This document shows, in pieces, positions 16,926 through 26,416 of a stretch of 32,000 nucleotides of DNA. The DNA lies in assembly GCA_964354495.1 (NCBI GenBank), contig CAYHAA010000014.1, forward strand, positions 47,392 to 79,391, in the 5' to 3' direction. The notes beneath the pieces are model-generated. The model saw only the letters and a list, made by a program, of their open reading frames with translations. It did no database searches and had not been told where the DNA came from. The position numbers and the translations under genes were made by a program. Source of the stretch: an uncultured archaeon (GTDB taxonomy: Archaea > Asgardarchaeota > Thorarchaeia > Thorarchaeales > Thorarchaeaceae). Position 1 is the first letter of the stretch. Every line of letters starts with the position of its first letter.

Positions 16926-19208
16926 CACGATTTCTGGCTTCTTTGTTCTTGGCAGCCATACAGAGAACTCTGCCCCTTCATAGGGGTGTCCTTGCACTCG
17001 GTCTCGAACCTCAATTCGGCCTCCGTACTTGTCACAAATCTGTTTCGATTGCAGGAGACCCACGCCCCCATATCGCCTGGATACATCAAAGATAGCGCTC
17101 TTCAGTGATTCTGAGATTCCATCGCCATTGTCAGAGATACAGACCTCATAGCCATCCCCATTCCTAAACAGCTTGACCCATACCTTTCTCTCTGCTTTTG
17201 GATTGTGCTCAATTGCATTCTCGATGAGGTTGGTCAGCAATTGCTCCAGGAATTCGTCTGCGTCGACAATGGCATTCTTGTTTCGTATTGAAACCTCGAT
17301 CTCAGCATCCTTGTTCTGGGTCCGAAGCGATTCGACGATCTCTTCAACTGTGGAATCCAGTCTTCTTGAATAGAGCGGCACTGACATGAGAGGTTCAGTT
17401 ATCTTCACTTTTGATATCATGCTTTGGCAACGCTCCACTGCCGATACTATCTGCCCCAATAGCCTTCGGTCGTTGGAGTCCTCTAGTCTCGCTTCCATGA
17501 CCATGGAACTGCCAAGGATTATCTGTAGTTGGTTTCTGAAATCGTGAGACATTAGATCAAGATACATGCTGGCTCGCTCTTTCTGGCTTTGTATGTGTTT
17601 CTCGGCAATGTTGCGCGTAGTAACATTCATCGCAACTAGCTGCAAGGCTGGAGCTCCCTCAAACTCCACGCGTCTCCCGAACATCTCAAGGAATTGTGTA
17701 CTTCCGTCCTTATGGAAGGCCCGCATCACTATCGGGATGCTCGCTGGTGGCTCTCCTGCCATCAGCTTTTGGAGCCTGTCCATAAGAATGCTCCAGTCCT
17801 CAGGATGGATCTTCTTCTGAATCTCTCCTGCTGTCAGAGCAAGTACTTCCTCAACGGTCAAGCCTAGGAAACCTGCAAAAGCCGGATTGGCAAACTTCAC
17901 CGCTAGTGGCAATGCTTGAATGATTGCGATTCCCTGAAATGATTGTTCGACCAGTGTTCTGTATTTGAGCTCTGAGGCAATCAAGGCCTGCTCTGCCCGC
18001 TTTCTTTCCTCAATGTTGCGGACCACCCCGAGCACACCTGTCGGTTTGCCGTTTTCATCACGTAAGAACGTGCGTGTGGTTTCTACCTGAATCGTTGAGC
18101 CATTCATGTGCCTGAGTCTGAGTTCAATAGGCGGTGAGTCACCTCTGGTCAGTGTTTGGTCCGACATCTTTTCCGCTTCAAGTGCCTCACTCATGGCTTG
18201 GATTGCTGTCCATACAGAATCAGGTGTCATAAGTTCAATCATGGATTTGCCAATCAGTTCATCTGCGGTGTGCCCAGTTAGTAGCTTCACGGATGTGCTA
18301 ACGTATGTGAGATTCAGTTCCAAGTCTGTAGTGAAAATCACGTCGGTTACATTCTCGGCCAGCAGTTGGTATCGTTTCTCACTATCCTGAAGAGCTGCTT
18401 CTGTGGCTCTGTGCCCTGTCTTCTCTGTGATTTGACTCAAGTATCCCTTGAGTTCGCCATTGTTCTTGGATCTTAACGGAATCACCGATGCATCGAGAAT
18501 CATAGTGCCTGACCGAGAAGTCCTGTAGAGTCCCTTCTCTTTCACCTTGTCAAAATCGAAGACAACTTCGTACTTCACAGGTTCTCCACGAATCAGTTTT
18601 GCCCTGATTTCCGCTGGGATATTCGGGTCGTCAAAAAGACTGAATCCGACAAGCTCCTGTAGGCTTGTTATGCCTGCCATTTCTAAAGAGGCGAGGTTAG
18701 CTTTGGTAAGTATTCCCTCACTATCGAAGAGCTCAATTGCAACTTGTGACTCTTCGAAGATTCTCCTCATTATTTCTGCGTTTTCTTCTAGGGCTTCACG
18801 AGATCTCTTTAATTCTGTGATGTCGGTTATGACAGCAAAGGAACCCTTGTGCTGCCCGTTTTCGTCAACCAGAGGCGCGCCAGATACGATTGTTGAAATG
18901 GTTTCTCCGGAGTTCTTTGTCCAATCGAGTTCATATTGAGTTGCTTTTCCCTTCGCACGTTGACGAATGACTTCTCGGAGGATTTTCCTATTTTTCTCAT
19001 CGAGGAAGTCAGTAATCGCCTTGCCAATCATTTGACTTGCGTTGCATGCAAGCATCTCTGCAAAACGAGGATTGACATAGGTGAAGATACCCTCATCATT
19101 GATGATTCCAAAACCATCATTCATGGACTCGACTAAGACTCTATACTGATAGGCTTCTTCTTGATGTGTGAGTCCATTTTCGGGACTGCTTCCTGTCTTA
19201 TCGTCCAT
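16920..19208 (-). CDS. Cytoplasmic multi-PAS (4 PAS-like repeats) sensor histidine kinase
   Basis: Intact H-box MSHDFRNQL, N-box NLIENAIEHN, G1 DNGDGI and G2 GGVGL. No thioredoxin domain. Start at ATG 19208 or 19229. Confidence 0.92.
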   Translation of the reverse strand: MDDKTGSSPENGLTHQEEAYQYRVLVESMNDGFGIINDEGIFTYVNPRFAEMLACNASQMIGKAITDFLDEKNRKILREVIRQRAKGKATQYELDWTKNSGETISTIVSGAPLVDENGQHKGSFAVITDITELKRSREALEENAEIMRRIFEESQVAIELFDSEGILTKANLASLEMAGITSLQELVGFSLFDDPNIPAEIRAKLIRGEPVKYEVVFDFDKVKEKGLYRTSRSGTMILDASVIPLRSKNNGELKGYLSQITEKTGHRATEAALQDSEKRYQLLAENVTDVIFTTDLELNLTYVSTSVKLLTGHTADELIGKSMIELMTPDSVWTAIQAMSEALEAEKMSDQTLTRGDSPPIELRLRHMNGSTIQVETTRTFLRDENGKPTGVLGVVRNIEERKRAEQALIASELKYRTLVEQSFQGIAIIQALPLAVKFANPAFAGFLGLTVEEVLALTAGEIQKKIHPEDWSILMDRLQKLMAGEPPASIPIVMRAFHKDGSTQFLEMFGRRVEFEGAPALQLVAMNVTTRNIAEKHIQSQKERASMYLDLMSHDFRNQLQIILGSSMVMEARLEDSNDRRLLGQIVSAVERCQSMISKVKITEPLMSVPLYSRRLDSTVEEIVESLRTQNKDAEIEVSIRNKNAIVDADEFLEQLLTNLIENAIEHNPKAERKVWVKLFRNGDGYEVCISDNGDGISESLKSAIFDVSRRYGGVGLLQSKQICDKYGGRIEVRDRVQGHPYEGAEFSVWLPRTKKPEIVS

Positions 19209-19409
19209 TCTTCTTCGCTCTGAATGCATCGAAAGCCATTCTTTTCTGACGAAAGCAAACCATATAGAATTCTCTAGGATGTAGTGGTCTTCCTCAGTAG
19301 AACCTGCAATATGTTCGGTTACCTCTCCAAGAGCGAATCATTCAGTTTAGCGAACTGGATGCCTTAGGAACTGCTATTGACATGTCTGTCATTGGCGGTG
19401 GAGATCCAT

Positions 19410-20510
19410 ATGATTCGCTGGATAATGCACATAGATATGGATGCGTTCTTTGCGAGTGTAGAGCAATACAGAAATCATCCAGAGCTCATCGGTCGTCCAG
19501 TATGCGTCGGTCACGATCCAAAGGGGGGCTTCGGGCGTGGAGTTGTCCGAACCGCGTCGTACGAAGCCCGAGCCAAGGGTATCCATGCAGGGATGCCAGT
19601 TTCGGAAGCTTATAGGCTATGTCCGGAAGCAGTGTTTGTCGACGGTTCGTTTGAAAGTTATAGCGAAGCTTCTGATGAGTTCATGGAGATTCTTAGGGAG
19701 TTTGCTGACGACGGACGCGTACGAAGAGCGAGTATTGATGAGGCATACATAGAAGTGACTCAAGCATGTCAGAACTATGGCAGCCCTCGCGAACTAGCTG
19801 GAGAAATACAGGATGCAGTTCGAGTGCGTACCTCGCTTCCTTGTTCGATAGGCATTGCACCCAATATGTCCGTGGCCAAAATAGCTACAGGAATAAACAA
19901 ACCCCGAGGAATAACCCTCGTCGGCCCTGAGGCAGCTTCTGTCGAGGAGTTCCTGGCGCAGCTTCCAGTAGAAGCTCTTAATGGAGTTGGCAAGAAGACA
20001 GCAGAGTGGTTGCACAAATTCGGAATCGACAACCTCGGTCAAGTCCAGAAGATGACACTTCCCGAACTCTGGCCCGCTATGGGTCGAGGCTCCATCTGGC
20101 TTCATGATAGGGCGATCGGGATTGACGATCTGCCACTAATAGATAATGGCATTCGAATTCGGAAGTCAATAAGCAAAGACCACACCTTCATGGAAGATGT
20201 CGAACCCGATGCTTCAGAGTATCTGCATGAAGTTCTCAGGAAGATGTGCTTGCGAATAGGGGATAAGATAGCAACCAAGAAACTAAGGTTTCGTACTGTC
20301 ACAGTGAAGATACGTTATGGTGATTATTCGACCATACAAAGAAGTCGAAGTATACCCGTGGAGACTGATGATACCAGAATGCTTGAAAGATTGGTCTTGG
20401 ACATTTTCGACCACAAGAGGAACCCCGTAAGACCAATTAGGCTAGTCGGCGTCAAGGTTTCAGGATTGAGCGATGTGACCGAGCAGTCCTGCTTGACTGA
20501 GTACTTATGA
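19410..20510 (+). CDS. dinB: DNA polymerase IV (Y-family, DinB/Dbh)
   Basis: HIDMDAFFASVE, SYEAR, SIDEAYIE, SIGIAPN, RLVGVKVSGL. GGTGGAG RBS before ATG 19410. Confidence 0.96.
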   Translation: MIRWIMHIDMDAFFASVEQYRNHPELIGRPVCVGHDPKGGFGRGVVRTASYEARAKGIHAGMPVSEAYRLCPEAVFVDGSFESYSEASDEFMEILREFADDGRVRRASIDEAYIEVTQACQNYGSPRELAGEIQDAVRVRTSLPCSIGIAPNMSVAKIATGINKPRGITLVGPEAASVEEFLAQLPVEALNGVGKKTAEWLHKFGIDNLGQVQKMTLPELWPAMGRGSIWLHDRAIGIDDLPLIDNGIRIRKSISKDHTFMEDVEPDASEYLHEVLRKMCLRIGDKIATKKLRFRTVTVKIRYGDYSTIQRSRSIPVETDDTRMLERLVLDIFDHKRNPVRPIRLVGVKVSGLSDVTEQSCLTEYL

Positions 20511-20515
20511 TTCTC

Positions 20516-21139
20516 TCATTTCTGAATCAGGATTCCGCTGTCAACATCTGATACTGCTTGCTTCATGCGTTCGGCAAGCTTTGCTGCGAGTCGCGTAATG
20601 CCCTCGATGTAGGCTTTGTCGAATTCGTCCTCTAGAAGTGTGGCATAGCCCATGATGTTATGCAATACTCCAGTGACATCATGGGACAGTCCATGGATGA
20701 ACTCGCTGGCGACTTCGACCGGTATCCCTTTTGGAGAGCCTTCGGTTGATACTTGATGTCTGGAGTCAATCACCTTTCGTATGATATCGCGAATAGATAT
20801 CAGCTGTTCTTTGACGTCTGTTCCTTTAAGCACATAGAAGTCAGCGCCTAGATTCAGGGCTCTAATCACAACATCCTCTCTAGAATGCGCTGTCCACATA
20901 ACGAAGCCAATAGTATCGCTGTCACAACGAAGCGCCTCCAAGAGGTCCAAGCCTGTGGCATTTGGCATCAGATAATCCGCTACTACAACATCGATCTCTT
21001 CACTGTCCAAGATCGCAAGGGCCTCTTTCACAGATTTCGCAACCACAAGTTCGATACCCGGATCTGTCTGTTTGAAGAGTATACTGGCGATGTCAAGCAG
21101 TTCCGCATCATCATCGACAAGTAACAATCGAGTATTCAC
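20516..21139 (-). CDS. Receiver domain fused to a HisKA/DHp-like helical domain, with no ATPase domain
   Basis: REC motifs LLVDDD, ADYLMP, WTAH and VLKG are intact. The C-terminal LSHDVTGVLHNIMGYATLL resembles an H-box. GGAGTGA RBS before the GTG start. Confidence 0.88.
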   Translation of the reverse strand: MNTRLLLVDDDAELLDIASILFKQTDPGIELVVAKSVKEALAILDSEEIDVVVADYLMPNATGLDLLEALRCDSDTIGFVMWTAHSREDVVIRALNLGADFYVLKGTDVKEQLISIRDIIRKVIDSRHQVSTEGSPKGIPVEVASEFIHGLSHDVTGVLHNIMGYATLLEDEFDKAYIEGITRLAAKLAERMKQAVSDVDSGILIQK

Positions 21140-21268
21140 TTGGCTTTCACTCCATTGGAGTTTGTGTCAATTATTCAGCAAGACACATAGGCTTTCGCTT
21201 TGCGAGAGTCGCGAGAAAACGGCGGATAATATTTGCCAAGCGAAGGCACACAGTTGAGTGGAAGCAAG
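21139..21268 (+). other. Candidate structured RNA or inverted-repeat element
   Basis: Nested stems: 21143-21152/21256-21265, 21191-21200/21238-21247, 21202-05/21209-12 and 21221-27/21231-37. Confidence 0.35.
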
Positions 21269-21406
21269 ATTCCCATGTCCTAAGTTCTTGTTCTATTAGA
21301 ATTCAGCAATGACCAACATATGTGTACGTTAACCACTGACTTATTATTGTTTGAAATACACCTCACAATTAGGCTGTTAGATTGAACGGCGGGAGCGGAC
21401 CACTAC

Positions 21407-22318
21407 TTGATTGAACGTGCAGACGTGGATCGATTGAAGGGTGATGAGCTACTCCGTCTAGCAAGGGCGCTAGCGATACCCCTTGCCAAGAGAGTCGTCA
21501 AGCGAAGTTGGCTCTTGGACGAGATAATGGATGAGTTCGACCGTCGTGAAACAGGAAAGGAACCAGTCGCGAAGCTTCAATCGCCTGCAATTCAAATCCA
21601 AGGACTTGAGAAACGATTTGGCTCAAAAGTCGCAGTGAAGAATCTTGATCTAGACGTTGATCCTGGTGAAATCGTTGGTCTTGTCGGTCCAAACGGAGCA
21701 GGCAAGACTACAACTCTCAGAATTCTCACGGGTATAATCAAGCCCTCAAAGGGCATTGTCAAAGTCAATGGTTACGACATGTCCTCAGAGGCCATTAGGG
21801 CAAAGAGATGTGTAGGCTATATTCCTGAGAAGCCCACGTGTTATCCGAGTCTTACTGCTCGAGAGTATATCATGTTCATGGCACGAATCTACCATGTGCC
21901 TGCCGAGATTGCGCTGATTCGAATGCGAGAATTCGTTGATATGTTTCAACTAGATGAGTTACTGGATACATATGTCGGAACGCTTTCTAAGGGGAATCTT
22001 CAGCGCGTCTTACTTGTGGGCATCTTTGTGAGACCTCCCCCGTATGTTCTTGCTTTTGATGAACCCATCTATGGTCTGGATCCTAGAGGCGCATGGAATC
22101 TCAAGGCCCTCATGAAGAAGCTACGAAATGAAGGCTCCGCAATACTCATGTCCACACACATCCTGGAAGTGGCATCGGAACTATGTAGTCGATTTGTCAT
22201 CATGAACGAGGGTGAAGTCGTCGGACGTGGAACCCTCGAGACTCTATTGGAATACCACAAGGATGCACGCAACCTTGAGGAAGTGTTTCTTGGTCTGACA
22301 GGCGGAATACCCCAGTAG
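21407..22318 (+). CDS. ABC transporter ATP-binding protein (exporter type) with an N-terminal helical extension
   Basis: Walker A GPNGAGKT, signature LSKGN, Walker B AFDEP, H-loop STH. Confidence 0.95.
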   Translation: MIERADVDRLKGDELLRLARALAIPLAKRVVKRSWLLDEIMDEFDRRETGKEPVAKLQSPAIQIQGLEKRFGSKVAVKNLDLDVDPGEIVGLVGPNGAGKTTTLRILTGIIKPSKGIVKVNGYDMSSEAIRAKRCVGYIPEKPTCYPSLTAREYIMFMARIYHVPAEIALIRMREFVDMFQLDELLDTYVGTLSKGNLQRVLLVGIFVRPPPYVLAFDEPIYGLDPRGAWNLKALMKKLRNEGSAILMSTHILEVASELCSRFVIMNEGEVVGRGTLETLLEYHKDARNLEEVFLGLTGGIPQ

Positions 22319-23911
22319 GTGAATCCCTTGAAGTCAAGCATGTACGTGCTGTCCAAGAATGAAGTTCGAATGCTCTACAACCAGTTCAAGCAGACAATCC
22401 GAACTCCTTCCATGCTACTCTTCTACTGCATCACATTGTTTGGTGTCTTCTTCGTGAGCTTGGTCGTTTCATCAATGCTGGCGCTCTCGCCGCTGATTAT
22501 GGAGATGGGTTCGCTTCTGGAGAGTACTATTGATAGAAACACGCTCTTTGCTGCATTTGCTTTCCTTAGTGCTACCTCTGTCGTCGGCGGCTACTTTGGT
22601 ATAGGCATCGCATCCGGCCTCACCGCCGTCCAAGAAGTTGTGTTACTTCCCGCACCGGTATTGCCATACAAAGTATTCCTGAGTAACTATCTCCGACGTA
22701 TCTTCAGGAAGACTGCATTCACGTTGATAGGTCTCATGGCTATCCTTCCCCTGCTCACAAACGCTAGTCTCCTATTCTACTCAACCTCACTTATGATAGT
22801 GTGTCTGATCATTTTTCTGGAAACCAATTACTTCCTCGGAGCCATTAGCTCCTACATTCGGTTTGTAGTCGAGCAAAAAACTAGGAGTCGGTTTCGCCAT
22901 CTTGCTGCAGTTCTCCTAGGTATTCTTCTACTTCTTCCAGCACTACCGGAATTCACATCGACTTTCACACTTGCCTATCTCGTTCCTTCAAATGCCTTTG
23001 TATTTGCATTCACTGAGATGACAGGACTCTTTTCGCTGGACGTCAGTTACTTGATTGGATTTGGACTGCAAATCATCGTTTTTGCCATAGCTCTCCTGCT
23101 CACTGCAAATCTATGCTCCTATGAGTATTACGAGCTCCTCTCAATCGTCAAGGGTCGGGAGACAACAGAGGGCAATTTCAGTAGATTCATTCGAGGCGAG
23201 GTTGACTTCTCGAAAACCAGATTTCAGGATCCAATGGTATGGATGATGCTCAAAGACTTCTATAGCAAGCTGCGCACGCCGATGCAGATATGGAAGTATG
23301 TCTATGCAGTAGTTGGAACAATTACGGTGCTATACCTAAATCTGTTTCACCCGGCATGGTTCAGACCAATTCAAGTGCCAGGAGGTCTTGCATTCGCGAT
23401 TGTTCCTGCATTCCTGCTCATGATGATACTTCTCGTTCAGATATCAAGCGTTACCTCGATGCTGAGCTTTGTTGACGAGAAAGAGAATGTCTATCTTCTC
23501 AAGGCAAGCCCTTTCAGTTCCGGAGATATTGTTCTCGCCAAGTTCTTGCTGAGTCTATTCGAAGTAAGTATTGCTGTTATCCCTGCATGTGGATTCTTAA
23601 TCTATATTCTGAGAATCGAAGGATATCTCGCTCTGGTCGCGTTGGCAGCTCCCATGACTATACTGTTCACTGCTGTTGGTGTAGCAATCGGAGCATACGT
23701 ACCTGTATTGACAAACGACCCTCGAACTCTGCCAGTGCCACTTGCATTTTCATACCCTATCATTGATCTGTCTCTCGGTGCGCTAATGGTCTTCATTGTG
23801 GCAATCCTTGCAGGCAGTCAAGTTGTTCTTTTTGCATTGCCGCTCTACTGCGTTGGATTTACTCTTCTTTTCCTCTGGATTGGGGCGACGGCACTGAATA
23901 CATACAGATAG
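22319..23911 (+). CDS. Putative ABC exporter permease
   Basis: About 12 TM segments in two halves, directly abutting the ATPase stop. EKENVYLLKASP...IVLAK is typical of ABC-2-like permeases. Confidence 0.8.
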   Translation: MNPLKSSMYVLSKNEVRMLYNQFKQTIRTPSMLLFYCITLFGVFFVSLVVSSMLALSPLIMEMGSLLESTIDRNTLFAAFAFLSATSVVGGYFGIGIASGLTAVQEVVLLPAPVLPYKVFLSNYLRRIFRKTAFTLIGLMAILPLLTNASLLFYSTSLMIVCLIIFLETNYFLGAISSYIRFVVEQKTRSRFRHLAAVLLGILLLLPALPEFTSTFTLAYLVPSNAFVFAFTEMTGLFSLDVSYLIGFGLQIIVFAIALLLTANLCSYEYYELLSIVKGRETTEGNFSRFIRGEVDFSKTRFQDPMVWMMLKDFYSKLRTPMQIWKYVYAVVGTITVLYLNLFHPAWFRPIQVPGGLAFAIVPAFLLMMILLVQISSVTSMLSFVDEKENVYLLKASPFSSGDIVLAKFLLSLFEVSIAVIPACGFLIYILRIEGYLALVALAAPMTILFTAVGVAIGAYVPVLTNDPRTLPVPLAFSYPIIDLSLGALMVFIVAILAGSQVVLFALPLYCVGFTLLFLWIGATALNTYR

Positions 23912-23913
23912 GT

Positions 23914-25824
23914 TCAACCTCTTCCTGCCAGTCTGAGTGCGTTTGCGATGACCAAGAAGGTAAGACCCATATCGCCCACTCCGATTGCAATCCATAATGT
24001 CATGAGGCCAACACTTGCTAGGACTCCGGTCACAGCTTTCACCGAGAGCGAAGTGGCCACATTCTGACGAACGATTTGCATAGTCTTCTTTGCTTTCATA
24101 ATCAGTCCTGGAATTCTTGTCAGATCCTCTTTCATTAGGGCAACATCTGCAGTCTCTAGGGCTGCATCTGAGCCGGCAACCCCCATGGCTATTCCAACAT
24201 CTGCAGCCGCCAGGGCAGGCGTATCGTTTATTCCATCACCAATCATCAGGGTGACTCCGGATTTTTTCAATTCCTCAATAACGGCTACCTTCTGATTCGG
24301 CAAAAGCTCCGCTCGATATTCAGAGATACCAATCTCCTCTGCAATATCCTTTGCGACGTTCTCGCTATCACCAGTCAACATGACTGTTCGGATACCCATC
24401 TCATTAAGTCTGGCTATAGCCTCCTTTGCACCTGATCTGATTGTGTCTGAGAGTATGATGGTGCCAGAGTGCTCTGAGTCTTGAGCTACATAGACCATCG
24501 TGCCAGCTCCGCAGTCATGCTGTTCAACTGGCTCTAGAGGAACGCTGCTGTCAAGCAGGAGCCTCCGATTGCCGACAAGGTACTCTGTTTCACCAATACG
24601 CCCTCTGACTCCTCTTCCGGGTCTTGATAGGAAGTCTGACACTTGGACTCTGCCCAAATTCTCCCGAGATGTAGCCTCGATAAGAGCTCTCCCAATTGGA
24701 TGTTCTGACATCGTCTCTACCGAAGCCGCTGCAGACAGAACTTCATCGCGCGTGTGATTATTATGCAAGCAGACATCCTTGACAGATAGCACACCTTCGG
24801 TCAAGGTTCCGGTTTTGTCGAATGCTACGACTTTAGTCTTACTCATTTGCTCAATGTGAATTGCTCCTTTCACGAGGACGCCATTGCGAGCGGATCCTGC
24901 AATCGCGGACACCATGCTTACTGGAATTGAGACCGCAAAAGCACAGGGGCAGCTGACGACCAAGAGGGTAAGGGCTCTGTATGTTGAGTCTATCAGCGAA
25001 AGGCCTAGTGTGAATGAGATGAGTGCCACAAGCACCGCTATTCCTACCACAGCGGGAGTGTAGACCCTCGAGAAGCGTGTGATTGCCTTTTCTGTGGGTG
25101 CTCGGTTCTTGCGAGATTCATCCACTAGTTGGATGATCTTGGAGAGAAGTGTGGTCTTCGACTCTTCGGTTGCCTCAACTTCAATATATCCCTCTTGGTT
25201 AATTGTTCCCGCGTACACCTGGTCTCCTAGGGATTTTGGTACTGGAAGAGATTCTCCCGTGATTGTTGATTGGTCTACCGATGTTGAGCCCAGCGTTATG
25301 GCCCCGTCCAGCCCAATTCTCCTGCCAGGTCTCACAATCAGAGTGTCTCCCTTTCTGACTTCCTCGGGTGCCACACACACTTCTTCCCCATCTACCTTAA
25401 TGGTCACTGTTGGCGGTTCTAGCTCCACTAGTTTCTGTATCTCGTTTCGGACTCTGTCTTCTGCTGTCTCCTCCAAAAGAGTTGAGATATAGAAGAGGAA
25501 CATGACTGCAGCTCCCTCAGCTGGGGCTCCAATTAAGACTGCTCCTAAGGATCCTGTGGTCATCAAGAAGTGCTCGTCAAGTCTGAGTTTCGCCAGCCCT
25601 CTGACTCCTTTCGGGATGATAGATCGCCCTGCTGTGAATATTGCTATCAGAAATGCAGAATAGACCCAAATCATGTCAACAAGAAGGAACTCAAGTAACA
25701 GTCCTGCAGTGAGCATGCTAGCAGAGAAAACTGCAGTCCCATACTTGTATATTCTTGGCTTCTTGGCTTCTGTTGACTGTGGGCTGCCACACGTCAGACA
25801 ATCGTCCTCATTTGCCTCTAACAT
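23914..25824 (-). CDS. cadA: P1B-2 heavy-metal (Zn/Cd/Pb) P-type ATPase
   Basis: TGES, CPC, DKTGTLT, SEHP and GDGINDTP motifs; TM7 Lys and TM8 DMG; short N-terminal CLTC. Confidence 0.93.
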   Translation of the reverse strand: MLEANEDDCLTCGSPQSTEAKKPRIYKYGTAVFSASMLTAGLLLEFLLVDMIWVYSAFLIAIFTAGRSIIPKGVRGLAKLRLDEHFLMTTGSLGAVLIGAPAEGAAVMFLFYISTLLEETAEDRVRNEIQKLVELEPPTVTIKVDGEEVCVAPEEVRKGDTLIVRPGRRIGLDGAITLGSTSVDQSTITGESLPVPKSLGDQVYAGTINQEGYIEVEATEESKTTLLSKIIQLVDESRKNRAPTEKAITRFSRVYTPAVVGIAVLVALISFTLGLSLIDSTYRALTLLVVSCPCAFAVSIPVSMVSAIAGSARNGVLVKGAIHIEQMSKTKVVAFDKTGTLTEGVLSVKDVCLHNNHTRDEVLSAAASVETMSEHPIGRALIEATSRENLGRVQVSDFLSRPGRGVRGRIGETEYLVGNRRLLLDSSVPLEPVEQHDCGAGTMVYVAQDSEHSGTIILSDTIRSGAKEAIARLNEMGIRTVMLTGDSENVAKDIAEEIGISEYRAELLPNQKVAVIEELKKSGVTLMIGDGINDTPALAAADVGIAMGVAGSDAALETADVALMKEDLTRIPGLIMKAKKTMQIVRQNVATSLSVKAVTGVLASVGLMTLWIAIGVGDMGLTFLVIANALRLAGRG

Positions 25825-26170
25825 GTTCGTGCGCCCTCGTTAATATGTCGATAATACAGTCATCGCTAATCGTGTAGAATACTTGCTTCCCATCTTGCTT
25901 GTGCCTAGTGAATCCTAATTTGTCAAGAATACTGAGATGATGGCTCACCCTGCTAATCGACATACCGAGGAGTTCAGCAATGTCCGATACGCAGATGCTT
26001 TTCCCCTCTATCAAGGCTGATACTACCCTCAGTCTCGTTGGATCAGCCAAAGCCTTGAAGATTCTCACGACGTTTCGTATCTCGTCTTCTTCGTAGTTGA
26101 TAGGAATCTGCACTCCTTGATTCACCGCAATCCCCATCTGAGTTCGCTGTTCAGGAATCTCTAACAACAT
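25808..26170 (-). CDS. ArsR/SmtB-family metal-responsive repressor
   Basis: FKALADPTRLR, CVSDIAELL, SRVSHHLSIL, GKQVFY. Overlaps the start of the ATPase gene. Confidence 0.93.
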   Translation of the reverse strand: MLLEIPEQRTQMGIAVNQGVQIPINYEEDEIRNVVRIFKALADPTRLRVVSALIEGKSICVSDIAELLGMSISRVSHHLSILDKLGFTRHKQDGKQVFYTISDDCIIDILTRAHEHVRGK

Positions 26171-26335
26171 TCAAACAATTGTACTAACGTTATAATGTTA
26201 TCTGTGTGTTGCAAGACCGATATCCTCTGTCAATAGATCAAATGCAGGTGGCATTGATTTCGAACACAGAAGTATTATCTAGGTCCGCCGGCATCTGTAG
26301 TGGCTGACCGGGATCGAACAATGCGCAGTAGATGG

Positions 26336-26351
26336 TGATTCCATGGAATCA
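26336..26351. promoter_or_regulatory. Perfect 16-bp palindrome, candidate operator
   Basis: TGATTCCATGGAATCA, 65 nt upstream of the kinase TTG start. Confidence 0.35.
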
Positions 26352-26416
26352 TTTGATACGCTACATTTGTTTAGTTCCACCTTGGGATAGATAACCACAG
26401 TCCAGGTGTTGAAAAG

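Noticed and set aside
21191-21247. Hammerhead ribozyme interpretation of the three-way junction
   Set aside because: It has a GAAA-containing linker but no CUGANGA core.
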